A DNA stretch of 64,000 bases from Chloroflexota bacterium (GCA_022821905.1 JAJECS010000025.1:41468-105467), one strand, 5' to 3'. Positions 1 through 8,807 are shown, numbered from the stretch's first letter. Made by a program: numbers and translations. Notes: a model not told the origin generated them from the letters alone.

Positions 1-451
1 GGATGAGCCACAGGAGCGCCGCCACCGCCAGCCCCACCGAAATCGCCGCCGACACCGCGGCATGGGCCGGCGTTGACTGGGCGTCGAAGGCGTTCGCCAG
101 ACCTGCCAGGATTCCGAACGCCGCAAAGCCCGCCACGGCCGCCGGTCGAGACCGCAGGGCCGCCACGCCGAGCGTGGCGCTGAAGATGGCGGTGAGCACC
201 ACGAGGAAGATGACGAGGGCCAGCTTGTCGCTGGTGCCGAATACGCTGATCGCAAACTCTTCCATGGCCCGCGGACTCAGGTCGACGATCCGGCCGCTCA
301 TGGAGACGAGCAGCGACGGCAATCCACCGAAGACTCCCGCGTACAGCTCGCTCACGCCCACGGCCAGCAATCCGGACAAGATCCCCGACAGGCCGGCGCG
401 CGCCCAGGTGTTCAGCATGCGGGCCAGCCGCCCGCCGCTCCCGTCAGTCAT
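1..451 (-). CDS. Molybdopterin-dependent (sulfite-oxidase-like) oxidoreductase, N-terminal multi-pass membrane segment; partial, continues past left edge
   Basis: Absent from the ORF track because it runs off the window. Reverse-strand ATG at 451..449 lies 4 nt after GGAGGA. Translation is MTDGSGGRLARMLNTWARAGLSGILSGLLAVGVSELYAGVFGG...IVDLSPRAMEEFAISVFGTSDKLALVIFLVVL..., which matches the conserved membrane N-terminus I recall for this family. The catalytic domain is not visible. Confidence 0.5.
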   Translation of the reverse strand, partial: MTDGSGGRLARMLNTWARAGLSGILSGLLAVGVSELYAGVFGGLPSLLVSMSGRIVDLSPRAMEEFAISVFGTSDKLALVIFLVVLTAIFSATLGVAALRSRPAAVAGFAAFGILAGLANAFDAQSTPAHAAVSAAISVGLAVAALLWLI

Positions 452-809
452 TGGGTCCTCCTAAGCGCACAGCGCCCCCACACACCTATACGTGAATGTG
501 GCCGGATCGGATGCCAGACTCGCCGCATGTCGGGGGCAGGTTTTTCCCTGCGTTCCATTGCCAGGCCGATGCACGGCGCCGGCCTTCGAAGCCATGCGCA
601 ACAGCCGTCACCGACTTCTGAGAACCCGTGCGCGATTCTATGGTTTGATCGGTCGGTTCGAGCCAAATTAAGGAAGTTTCTCTACGGTCGGCGCGGCGTG
701 CCGACCCTTTCGCCCTTGAAGTTTGACGGGGAACCTCCCCCGTAGTAGAAGTCGGGCGTTTCTCACTCGCCCGCCACGTTGGCGAGTTGCTGCAGAAAGG
801 CACATTGAC

Positions 810-1406
810 GTGCTTCGTTCAAATTCCGTGCCCGTGCCATGGCGTGCGCTGATGCTCTTGGTCGTTGTCAGCGCCTTGGTCCTCGCCACCCTGTCGCCGG
901 CACTGGCGGATATGCACCCGGCCGCCAAAGATGGCCAGCGGCTCGAAGACCAGTCGGCTGATGTGCAGGCGACCTACCGCGCGATCTACGGCGATGACGC
1001 CGAGGGTCAGTGGATCCACGATCACAACGCCGAGCTCGACGCGATGATGATGATGCAGTCGCCGACCGACAACATGTACTACCACCGCATCGTCGCCGTG
1101 GCCAAAGCTCGAATCGCTGCCGGCATGGCCATGATGGGCGACGACATGTCGATGGGCGACGACATGTCGATGGGCGATGACATGTCGATGGATGACGACA
1201 TGAGCATGGACGACGACATGAGCATGGACGACGACATGGGCATGGACGACGACATGGGCATGGGCCTGCCGCACCGCATCGCGGTTGACGTGATCGGTCG
1301 AGGCACCGAGGCGGAATTCCTGGCCGGCACCGACCCCGACGTGCTCTACGGCATTGGGATCTCGGAAGACGAGATCAATTCCATGAACGACATGGACATG
1401 ATGTAG
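810..1406 (+). CDS. Secreted Met/Asp-rich repeat protein (possible periplasmic metal, e.g. copper, binding)
   Basis: ORF 723..1406. The in-frame GTG at 810 follows GAAAGG; an alternative ATG is at 852. Signal-peptide-like RALMLLVVVSALVLATLSPALA/DM. The C-terminal half is (M-G/D-D-D-M-S/G)n and ends NSMNDMDMM. Confidence 0.6.
   Translation: MLRSNSVPVPWRALMLLVVVSALVLATLSPALADMHPAAKDGQRLEDQSADVQATYRAIYGDDAEGQWIHDHNAELDAMMMMQSPTDNMYYHRIVAVAKARIAAGMAMMGDDMSMGDDMSMGDDMSMDDDMSMDDDMSMDDDMGMDDDMGMGLPHRIAVDVIGRGTEAEFLAGTDPDVLYGIGISEDEINSMNDMDMM
1134..1265 (+). repeat. 18-bp in-frame tandem repeat, about 7.3 units (atgggcgacgacatgtcg and variants)
   Basis: Read directly. Units start at 1134, 1152, 1170, 1188, 1206, 1224 and 1242, with a partial unit at 1260. 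They encode MGDDMS x3, MDDDMS x2 and MDDDMG x2. Confidence 0.95.
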
Positions 1407-1435
1407 CGCTTGCCAAGCGCGTTCCGTCCAATTCC

Positions 1436-1466
1436 GACCCCGGCCGCGCCGAGCGCGGCCGGGGTC
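1436..1466 (+). terminator. GC-rich hairpin downstream of the Met-rich gene (14-bp perfect stem, 3-nt loop)
   Basis: gaccccggccgcgc-cga-gcgcggccggggtc, 30 nt after the stop codon. There is no clear T-tract, so terminator function is uncertain. Confidence 0.4.
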
Positions 1467-1572
1467 GGGGGTCTATCGCGGCCCCGCCGGTTGGCACAGC
1501 CGGCCCCGGCCCTCCAGCGGCCCACCGCGTGGGCCTGACCGTCCGGCGGCTATATCGCATGATGTGTAGTTG

Positions 1573-3099
1573 ATGCGCGACTTCGACGACTACCTGATGG
1601 AGTCCTACGAGCTGCGGGAGAAGCTGGTCGCGGACAAGTTTCGGCCGAGGTATCACTTCGTCCCGCCGGAAGGCCGCTGGAACGACATCAACGGCGCCAT
1701 CTATTGGAAGGGCCGCTACCACCTCGGCTACCTGCAGAAGATCGCCAACGGTCCGGGCGAGATCTACTTCTCGAGCTGGCAGCACATCAGCAGCCGGGAC
1801 TTGCTCCACTGGCGCTACCACAAGGCCTCGCTGCGAGAGCCGCTGGAGGGCGCCAAGGGCGACTACTTCAACAGCGGAGACGTGATGGAGGGCGCGGACC
1901 CGCCCACCATCATCACCAACATGCCCACGCGGGGCATCTGCATCTACCAATGCCACGACGACAACCTGGACCACTGGGTTCCTCTGGCCGAGAACCCCGT
2001 CATACCCCTGGACCCGCCCCGGGAGGGCGCACCGCCCAAGTCCTCCAGCAGATTCCCTGAGTGCGTAATCTTCGATCCCAGCGGCTGGAAGGAGGGCGAC
2101 GTCTACTACGCGCTCGTCGGCAACAAGAGCCACCGCCCCGGCTACGAGGGAGATTGCACCAGCCTGTTCAAGTCCACGAACCTCAGGCAGTGGGAGTACG
2201 TCGGGCCGTTCTACAAGTCCGAGCGACGGTGGACGGCGGAAGTCGAGGACTGCGCCTGCTCCAACTTCTTTCCGTTCGGCGACAAGCACATGCTGCTCAT
2301 GCACACCCATTGGCCCTACAACAAGGCCCAGTACTACATCGGACGCTACGAGCAGGAGCAGTTCACCCCCGAGATCCACGGGCAGCTGAGCCATCTGGGC
2401 GGCCTGGTCGCCGGCCCCGAGACGCTGCTGGACGACCGGGGCCGGAGGATCTTCTGGGGGTGGATCAGGGACGCGCGGGAGCACGAATGGGAGAAGCACG
2501 GCTGGAATGGCGTCATGACCCTGCCCTGGCACTTCACTCCCGCCGGCGACCACGGCCTCCGCATCGACCCCGTCGAGGAACTGCGCGCCCTGCGCTATGA
2601 CGAGCGGCGACACGGCGACGTCACCCTTTCGGACGGCGAGGAGCGGACGGTGGCTGGCTTTGCGTCGGACTGCATGGAGATCAAGCTGACCATTGAGGCC
2701 AACGACGCCGCCCGGTTCGGAGTCAAGCTGCTGTGCTCGCCCGGCGGCCAGGAGGAGACGGTGGTGACCTACGACGCCGAGCGGCAGCAGTTCGTGGTCG
2801 ACTTCGAGCGGGCCAGCAATGACGAGAGCTTGACCTACGGCTACGACGCCGGGGTCTACAGCAGGGGCGTGCGCCAACAGGTGGTGCCATTCCCGCTGGC
2901 GAGCGGCGCGCGACTTGACATCGACCTCTTCGTCGATCGCTCCGTCATCGAGATGTTCGTCAACTCGCGCATCTGCATCGTCCAGCGGGTCTACCCCACG
3001 AGGGACGACAGCAAGCACTTCAAGCTCTTCACCGAAGACCGGCCCATCCGCGTTACGAACCTCGTCAAGTGGGAGATGGACGCGACGAACCCCTGGTGA
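1573..3099 (+). CDS. Glycoside hydrolase family 32 (beta-fructofuranosidase / levanase-like)
   Basis: N-terminal FRPRYHFVPPEGRWNDINGAIYWKGRYHLGYLQ matches the GH32 WMNDPNG block. FDPSGW (RDP-like) and EDCACSNFFP (EC motif) are also present. ATG at 1573 is preferred over TTG at 1570. Confidence 0.85.
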   Translation: MRDFDDYLMESYELREKLVADKFRPRYHFVPPEGRWNDINGAIYWKGRYHLGYLQKIANGPGEIYFSSWQHISSRDLLHWRYHKASLREPLEGAKGDYFNSGDVMEGADPPTIITNMPTRGICIYQCHDDNLDHWVPLAENPVIPLDPPREGAPPKSSSRFPECVIFDPSGWKEGDVYYALVGNKSHRPGYEGDCTSLFKSTNLRQWEYVGPFYKSERRWTAEVEDCACSNFFPFGDKHMLLMHTHWPYNKAQYYIGRYEQEQFTPEIHGQLSHLGGLVAGPETLLDDRGRRIFWGWIRDAREHEWEKHGWNGVMTLPWHFTPAGDHGLRIDPVEELRALRYDERRHGDVTLSDGEERTVAGFASDCMEIKLTIEANDAARFGVKLLCSPGGQEETVVTYDAERQQFVVDFERASNDESLTYGYDAGVYSRGVRQQVVPFPLASGARLDIDLFVDRSVIEMFVNSRICIVQRVYPTRDDSKHFKLFTEDRPIRVTNLVKWEMDATNPW

Positions 3100-3440
3100 T
3101 TTCCAGGAGCGTCAATTCGCCCAAACATCCGCACCGAAGCGCAATCTCGGCGCGCCGGTGAGGCAGGGAAGGTTGAATTCACGGCCCTTCGCCGGGAGCC
3201 TCCCCTTTGAGGAATCTGAATTGGGCTCTAATCAAGCCTCCAGCCGCCGCGTTTCAGAGGATGCGTTATGGATACGTTGGTGGGCACCGTCGCCCACCCG
3301 GTGAACGTCACGGCTGATGCAACTCGCAGGGGCGGCTCACGTCGCCATTGCCATACCACAACTTTTGCGTCGGAGGGTATGCTAGGAGGGAAGGGTCCCA
3401 ACGGACCCTTCTCGTAGCAGCACATAAAGGAGATCCAAAC

Positions 3441-4121
3441 ATGGGCACAATATCCGTGAACCGGCTAGCGGGGTTTTCCCTCATATTCGGCCCGGCAATC
3501 GCCTTCATCTTCTTTCTCCTAGAGCCGGGTGGCCTGCTGATAGACAGCGCCAACGTGACAGACGCCGTTGGCTCGGTGACGTCCAAAGGCGCTAACGCCG
3601 CGCTCACCAACGTAACCAACATCGGGATAATCCTCGGCATGACCCTCATCCTTTCGGGCCTATACGCGCTCATGCGGAACGTGACCTTGCAGGGCAACGG
3701 TAAGGCGCTGGTTCAGATGGGCTTTTTCATGATCTTCGTCGGATTGACCGGTTGGATTTTGTCCGGCGGCATGGACTTCATTCTGGCCGATGCCCAAACC
3801 AGCGACCAGATCAGCGGAAGCGTTCCCGTCTACTACGTGGGCTCCGCCTTCCTCTTCGCCGGTGGGATTGCGCTTGGATTTGGCAGCTTCATTTTCGCGT
3901 TGGGCCTCTCCACGAGAGACGATTACAACCGGATAATCTCCCTGGTGGCTGCCATTGTCAGCCTAGCCGTCATGGTCTTTTTCGTGATAGCCATACTCAA
4001 CAGCGACGGCCGCAGCACCTTCATCTCCCTGGCCCGGAGCTTCTACGTGCTCCTGGTGATCTGGTATGGATATCTGGGCTACGGACTGATGAGGCGACCC
4101 GATCCCCTCCTGTGGCAATAG
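3441..4121 (+). CDS. Multi-pass membrane protein, family not recognised
   Basis: ATG at 3441 lies 8 nt after AAAGGAG, inside track ORF 3348..4121. About six hydrophobic segments. GC is lower than in the neighbours. Confidence 0.6.
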   Translation: MGTISVNRLAGFSLIFGPAIAFIFFLLEPGGLLIDSANVTDAVGSVTSKGANAALTNVTNIGIILGMTLILSGLYALMRNVTLQGNGKALVQMGFFMIFVGLTGWILSGGMDFILADAQTSDQISGSVPVYYVGSAFLFAGGIALGFGSFIFALGLSTRDDYNRIISLVAAIVSLAVMVFFVIAILNSDGRSTFISLARSFYVLLVIWYGYLGYGLMRRPDPLLWQ

Positions 4122-4610
4122 ACTGAAGTTAGGATCCGCCGCCGGCCGTCCGTAGGTCAGCCAACGGTGGTTGCACACGAGGAGTTGCTAGAGCGAGTCT
4201 GGGGCGTGCCCGAGGGCAGAGCCTGAGCCGCGGGCTGGGCGACGACGCCGGCAGCTCGAATCACATCCTCGCGGGGTTGCGCCTCGGCTACCGCACGCCG
4301 GATGAGATGCATCCGCAGCCCAATCGTTGACGGCCGGTTGAGCTTGGATGGTCTCGATAAGGCAGCCCGTCCATCCTCGGACCGTGCCTGCTCACCGAAG
4401 AGAGCCCATTCCTCAGCGACGAGGTTCGGTAACACCTGCCGAACGCCATGACATCGGGGAATCTCATGTGGCGGACTAAGGCTGCGAACTGATCTGTGGG
4501 CGGTCGCGCTGTAACTCCTGCCCACCCGTGCCGCCAAGTTCAGCCCAACCCAACACGGGCATCCAGCCGAAGCCGGATGCCCGCGCGTTTGGGTTCGTTC
4601 CCTGAGAGCG

Positions 4611-5042
4611 TTATTCGGACTGACCTCTCCCCCCAACCCGCTCGAAGACCAGTGCCTGCCCACCTTCGCTGTGAAGTGTGAGTCGTTCCTCCGAGACCTC
4701 GAACCGCTCCACCGTCGCCAACGAGTCCTGCATCCGTTGTTCCTGTTGGAATAGCGTATCGGTAGGGCAGCCCGCTTCGGTCCACGTCAGCTCGTCGAGG
4801 CGCAGCTCCGACTCCCGCGCGCTATATCTCGCTGCGTAAGAATTGCAGCCCGTCCACCCCGTCATATCCTCAGCGGTGGTGAATTCGGCAGTGGGGTCGC
4901 CCGCTCCAACCTCGGAGGGAGCGTCGGCATTGCCCAGCGCGACCAGCCGCCACTCCGTATTGGCCAACGGATTCTCTTCGCCGCCGCAGGCCGCCAGGAG
5001 AAACACGAGAACCGCCGTCATCGCCAGGGCCATTCGCTTCAT
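4611..5042 (-). CDS. META-domain (HslJ-like) lipoprotein
   Basis: Lipobox MKRMALAMTAVLVFLLAAC. The body has the META pattern W.L......TA.F.....G..GCN.Y...Y......L.....T...C. Its start overlaps the upstream stop by ATGA. Confidence 0.8.
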   Translation of the reverse strand: MKRMALAMTAVLVFLLAACGGEENPLANTEWRLVALGNADAPSEVGAGDPTAEFTTAEDMTGWTGCNSYAARYSARESELRLDELTWTEAGCPTDTLFQQEQRMQDSLATVERFEVSEERLTLHSEGGQALVFERVGGRGQSE

Positions 5043-6412
5043 GGTGACGAGTCTACTGTCCGGGACTGTCCTCCAACTTTCAGCAGGCCCAGGGCCTCTT
5101 CAGCCGCGGCAATGCCGCTGGCCAGGGCTCCGTTGACCAGAGGAACTCGCGTGTAATCGCCCGCCAGAAAGAGGTTGGGGATTTCCTGCCCGAGCTCGCG
5201 GCGGCTGTTCGCCATCGCCTTGAACATCCCCGGCGGCCCCTTGCACACCGCGATCTTCCACCGGTAGACGCGCGTGAACAGCCCGTCGTCGTCGCCCGGA
5301 AGGTCCGAACCAGGCGGAGGGTTTCGGCGAATGTCCCGCAGCAACTCGCGCTTGACCTCCGCATCGTCCAGTTCCAGCAGTTGCTTTGCGCGCTCGCGCC
5401 CCGCGATCAGGTCCAGCGTGCTCTTGCCCGGTGGCACGCAGCCCGGCAGGTTGATGGACCGGTCCAGCACCAGGGGAGTCTCGTCCTCCGGGTAGATGGC
5501 GCCGTGCCAGCCGGGAGGCAGCGGCGGACGGTCCAGTCCCATCACCAACCGGCACGCGGAGGAGTAGGTGACGTTGCTCAGCGTCTCCCGGACCCTCTGT
5601 GGAAGGCCCGGGATGATCTCCAGCGCGACCGGAGCGGGAACCGCGCAGATAACCGCGTCGGCCTCGATGGTCTCGCCGTCGATCACCACGCCCGTCACGC
5701 CCCGCTCCCCGACGAGCACCTCCCTCACAGGCGTCGAAGCGCGGGTGACGTCTGCGCACGCATCGCGCAGGGCGCGGGCAAGTGCGCCCGCCCCTTTCTC
5801 TGGCTGCATCAGCTTGTGCGGTCGCAGAAACGTGTTGGCCAGGTACCCCCTGATGTACGCCTGGCTGGAGAGAGCGACATAGTCCAGCACGCCATTCTCG
5901 ACGAACCCGCTGAGCGTGACCCGGAGAGACTCGGACGCGCCCGTCTTCTCCAGGTACTCGCCGAAGGTCTCGTCTCCGTCGATCTCGGCCATGCGGCTGT
6001 TGCTGGCGAACGTCAGGTAGTCAGCTTGGCGAATGACCTTATAGATCAGCTTCATCGCCCCCCAGGACAGCAGTCCCATGTGCGCAAACGCGCTCAGGTT
6101 GCTGACCATGCCGGGAATGGACGGAGCAGCCGTGGTTACATGCCACCGTCCGTCTTTGTACCAGCCGAGCTTCTGGATCGAGCGGACCAGTGGCACGCCC
6201 AACTCCTCGCAGATGCGAAACACCGCGTCGTAGGAGTAGCAGAAGAAGTCCACCCCCGTATCGATGAGAAACCCGTCCACCTCGTCGGCCGCAAGCCGCC
6301 CACCGACATGATTCTCGGCCTCCAAGAGCAGAGCATCGACACCACGCTTCTTCAACGTGTATGCCGCGCCCAGCCCGGCTGCTCCCCCGCCGACGATGAT
6401 GACCCGTTTCAT
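5039..6412 (-). CDS. FAD-dependent oxidoreductase (protoporphyrinogen/phytoene-desaturase/amine-oxidase superfamily)
   Basis: MKRVIIVGGGAAGLGAAYTLKKRGVDALLLEAENHVGGR dinucleotide-binding motif. ATG at 6412 has GGAG 6 nt upstream and is preferred over 6433. The stop overlaps the META gene start (5039..5042). Confidence 0.8.
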   Translation of the reverse strand: MKRVIIVGGGAAGLGAAYTLKKRGVDALLLEAENHVGGRLAADEVDGFLIDTGVDFFCYSYDAVFRICEELGVPLVRSIQKLGWYKDGRWHVTTAAPSIPGMVSNLSAFAHMGLLSWGAMKLIYKVIRQADYLTFASNSRMAEIDGDETFGEYLEKTGASESLRVTLSGFVENGVLDYVALSSQAYIRGYLANTFLRPHKLMQPEKGAGALARALRDACADVTRASTPVREVLVGERGVTGVVIDGETIEADAVICAVPAPVALEIIPGLPQRVRETLSNVTYSSACRLVMGLDRPPLPPGWHGAIYPEDETPLVLDRSINLPGCVPPGKSTLDLIAGRERAKQLLELDDAEVKRELLRDIRRNPPPGSDLPGDDDGLFTRVYRWKIAVCKGPPGMFKAMANSRRELGQEIPNLFLAGDYTRVPLVNGALASGIAAAEEALGLLKVGGQSRTVDSSP

Positions 6413-6531
6413 GTCCGTCTCCGCTTCTGGCATTCCCTTCTCGTCGCGTGCCCTTACCCAACCCCGTTGCGTTTCCGGCTGGCCGCCTGTCGTATGTATG
6501 CGGCCCCTCTTTTGCGATTCAGGCCCCGCGG

Positions 6532-6904
6532 CTACGAGGCCGGCGCGACCGTCACCTCGAACTCGTCGCTGACCTCGTTGCCGTCGGGGTCGTTAAACAC
6601 GCCGGCCAGGCAGATCGCCCGCTGCTCCGGCCCCACCAGTCTCACGTCGGCCAGCGGCGCGGACACCGTGGGCGCCCCGGCTGGGGATTCCGGTTCCGGC
6701 TCCACCGACAGGTCTAAGGCGTCGCTGACCCGGTTGGCGTCGCTGTCCTGGGCCGTGATCGTCGCCGTGCCCCCGGCTCTGGGCCGTCAACGTCAACGTG
6801 GAGTAGTCGGCGGCGACGGACACCGTGTCCCTCAGATGCCGATTTCCATCGAGTCCAGCCCTCTCGGATTCGACCCCTGCCGTTCTTCTATCGGTATGCC
6901 CCAT
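6532..6904 (-). pseudogene. Frameshifted remnant of a cadherin-like / bacterial Ig-like repeat protein
   Basis: Frame a reads ...DTVSVAADYSTLTLTAQ. After a shift near 6780, frame b reads AGGTATITAQDSDANRVSDALDLSVEPEPESPAGAPTVSAPLADVRLVGPEQRAICLAGVFNDPDGNEVSDEFEVTVAPAS*. The pattern is typical of this repeat type but is truncated and out of frame. Confidence 0.3.
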
Positions 6905-7031
6905 TGCGCGCGGTCGGCTCGTCCCCCGCCAAGGGCAACGAAAACCGCCTAGAGTACCAGCGCGAACCTGATCTGAAAGATTCTTGAGTTCATCAAGTCT
7001 GCTCTGAAGAGTTCTTCATTTTATCAAGGCT

Positions 7032-7059
7032 GGTGGGCCGGGTGGGACTCGAACCCACG
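7032..7059 (-). repeat. 28-bp exact copy of the 3' end (T-arm + acceptor) of tRNA-Lys
   Basis: ggtgggccgggtgggactcgaacccacg is identical to 8541..8568 in the same orientation. This copy is followed by an encoded CCA. The upstream sequence does not fold into a tRNA. Confidence 0.85.
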
Positions 7060-7145
7060 GCTTACGGCAGCGTCCACCACACCGTGCTTGATGACTCTCC
7101 TGACCAATCCCGGCTCCAGGTCACTGGTGACGGGCATCCACCGGG

Positions 7146-8357
7146 TCAGGGGTTGTCGGGTTCGGTTCGACGGCTGTCGCTTGCGCTCTCCATCGCTGGC
7201 CGAGCCGCGATGGCCTGTTCCCACTCGTCCCGGAGCATGCGATAGAAGATCACATCGACCCGCGAACGGCCGGGCCGGGGGGCGATGTAGTGGTTCCGGG
7301 CCAGCCCTTCGCGTTGCATGCCCAGCTTTTCCATCACCCGCCGGGACTGCAAATGATCGGCGTCGGCGCGGGCCCAAATCTTGGCCAGGCGACGCCGCCG
7401 AAAGCCCCAGTCGAGTACGGCGCCGGCGGCCTCGGGCATCAGGCCCTTGCCCCAGTGCGGCTTCGCCAGGCCGTAGTGCAGCTCGCCCGTCTGGTGTCTG
7501 ACGTCAATGTCGAGGCTGATGACCCCGACGCAGGCGCCGCCTAGAACGATCGCCCAGGAGGGCCGGGCGTCCGGCGAAGCCAGCAGATGGCGCGCGACCG
7601 TCTCCTCGGCGTGTCGTCGCGTATAGGGCCGCGGAACCTCGTCGAGCAGATGTTCGGCCCACTCGGGGTCGCTGGTATAGGCAAACACGTCGTCCACGTC
7701 GCCGGGTTCCATTGGCCGCAGCACAAGCCGGCGGGTGGTCAGCTCGCGGAACTTGCCGCGATCCGTTGAGTCGTACTCGTCGACGGGTCCGGGAATCGGC
7801 GGCAGTGGCTCGCCGCGCCTGCTCCACTCGTCCCGCAGCACGGCGGAGTAGGCCGCGTTAACGCGCGTCCCGCCCATCGCTTCGCTCCGAAGCGTCCCCT
7901 CGCGGGTCATGCCCAGCTTGTCCAGCACCCGCAGGGAGCGCCCGTTTCGGGCGTCCGCCGCCGCGTAGATCTTGGCGAGCCCGTACGCGCGGAACCCCCA
8001 ATCGCAGACGGCCGCCGTCGCCTCAGTCGCGATGCCCCGCCCCCATTGGTCTCTCGCCACGTCGTAGCCCAGCTCGGCGGTTTGGTCCTCGGCATCGACA
8101 TCGAGGCTGACGACGCCAACGACGCGGTCGCCGAGGACGATGGCGAACCTGGCGCCTTTGTCCCATGACGCCAGCACGGCCTGCGCCGCCATGTGCTCGG
8201 CGGCGCCCCGGTCGTACGGACGCGCATAGAACTCGGCCCACTCGGGATCGCTGCCGTAGCTGAGGACGTCGTCGATGTCGGACAGCCGGAACGGCCGCAG
8301 CAGCAGCCGCTCGGTTCGCAGTTCGATGGGATTCGCCAGCGTCGGTCCCTTTGCCAC
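7146..8357 (-). CDS. Fused tandem GNAT N-acetyltransferase (two RimJ/RimL-like domains)
   Basis: Two successive blocks are present: TERLLLRPFRLSDIDDVLSYGSDPEWAEFY...GYDVARDQWGRGIATEA and TRRLVLRPMEPGDVDDVFAYTSDPEWAEHL...HYGLAKPHWGKGLMPEA. Start is uncertain (GTG at 8357 or 8387). The track ORF extends spuriously over the tRNA to 8600. Confidence 0.75.
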   Translation of the reverse strand: MAKGPTLANPIELRTERLLLRPFRLSDIDDVLSYGSDPEWAEFYARPYDRGAAEHMAAQAVLASWDKGARFAIVLGDRVVGVVSLDVDAEDQTAELGYDVARDQWGRGIATEATAAVCDWGFRAYGLAKIYAAADARNGRSLRVLDKLGMTREGTLRSEAMGGTRVNAAYSAVLRDEWSRRGEPLPPIPGPVDEYDSTDRGKFRELTTRRLVLRPMEPGDVDDVFAYTSDPEWAEHLLDEVPRPYTRRHAEETVARHLLASPDARPSWAIVLGGACVGVISLDIDVRHQTGELHYGLAKPHWGKGLMPEAAGAVLDWGFRRRRLAKIWARADADHLQSRRVMEKLGMQREGLARNHYIAPRPGRSRVDVIFYRMLRDEWEQAIAARPAMESASDSRRTEPDNP

Positions 8358-8540
8358 CGGATCGGCAATGTTGCCGGTCCACCCCACAACGCTACTACGC
8401 GTGTGGCAGACGTCCCGCCGCACCCGGGCATTCGCCTCACGGCCCCGAAACGCCGCAGATTCTTGCCCCGGCGAGCTCTCGCCGCCCGGGGGCGTCGGGC
8501 ACTTCTCACGAGCTGCCGCGTCGTCGAGTTGGACAACCAG

Positions 8541-8615
8541 GGTGGGCCGGGTGGGACTCGAACCCACGACCTTCGGATTAAAAGTCCGCTGCTCTACCAA
8601 CTGAGCTACCGACCC
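8541..8615 (-). tRNA. tRNA-Lys (anticodon UUU)
   Basis: Reverse complement is GGGTCGGTAGCTCAGTTGGTAGAGCAGCGGACTTTTAATCCGAAGGTCGTGGGTTCGAGTCCCACCCGGCCCA(CC). It folds as a cloverleaf with anticodon loop CTTTTAA. Confidence 0.9.
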
Positions 8616-8807
8616 GGCCCAAGCTTAATGGTCGGGTGGCCGGGGCGGCGCCTCGCCGCGTTGGTGTGCACGTAGCGGTTCGTCCGCGCACATGTCCATA
8701 GATCCGCGCTCCCACCTGTCACTCCGAGCGCAGCGAGGAATCTAGGACGTTCATGCTCGGCCGCACGGGTGGGCATCACCGACGCACAGCCCGCCTCTGC
8801 CCGCGCC

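Noticed and set aside
1134-1265. Tandem repeat as a possible CRISPR or minisatellite
   Set aside because: The 18-bp units are contiguous with no spacers, lie in frame within a coding ORF, and have a length divisible by 3. This is a coding tandem repeat, not a CRISPR array.
4122-4226. Short plus-strand ORF ending ...PTVVAHEELLERVWGVPEGRA*, resembling the C-terminal winged helix of an OmpR/PhoB response regulator
   Set aside because: Only about 30 codons are present, with no start codon and no receiver domain. It is most likely a gene remnant within the unexplained 4122..4610 gap. The overlapping minus ORF 4157..4663 has no recognisable family and overlaps the META gene.
7031-7117. Possible full-length long-arm tRNA or tRNA-Sec; it ends in CCA, which was tempting given the TGA-containing gene nearby
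   Set aside because: Only the T-arm and acceptor 3' strand are tRNA-like. The best 5' acceptor pairing (GAGCCGG/G) has an A-C mismatch. No D-arm or anticodon stem can be drawn, and no U-preceded TCA anticodon loop with a flanking stem exists. It is treated as a tRNA-Lys 3' fragment.
8358-8600. N-terminal 80 codons of track ORF 7146..8600
   Set aside because: This part runs through the tRNA-Lys gene (MVEQRTFNPKVVGSSPTRPT is the tRNA read as protein) and has no GNAT similarity. The real start must be downstream of the tRNA.
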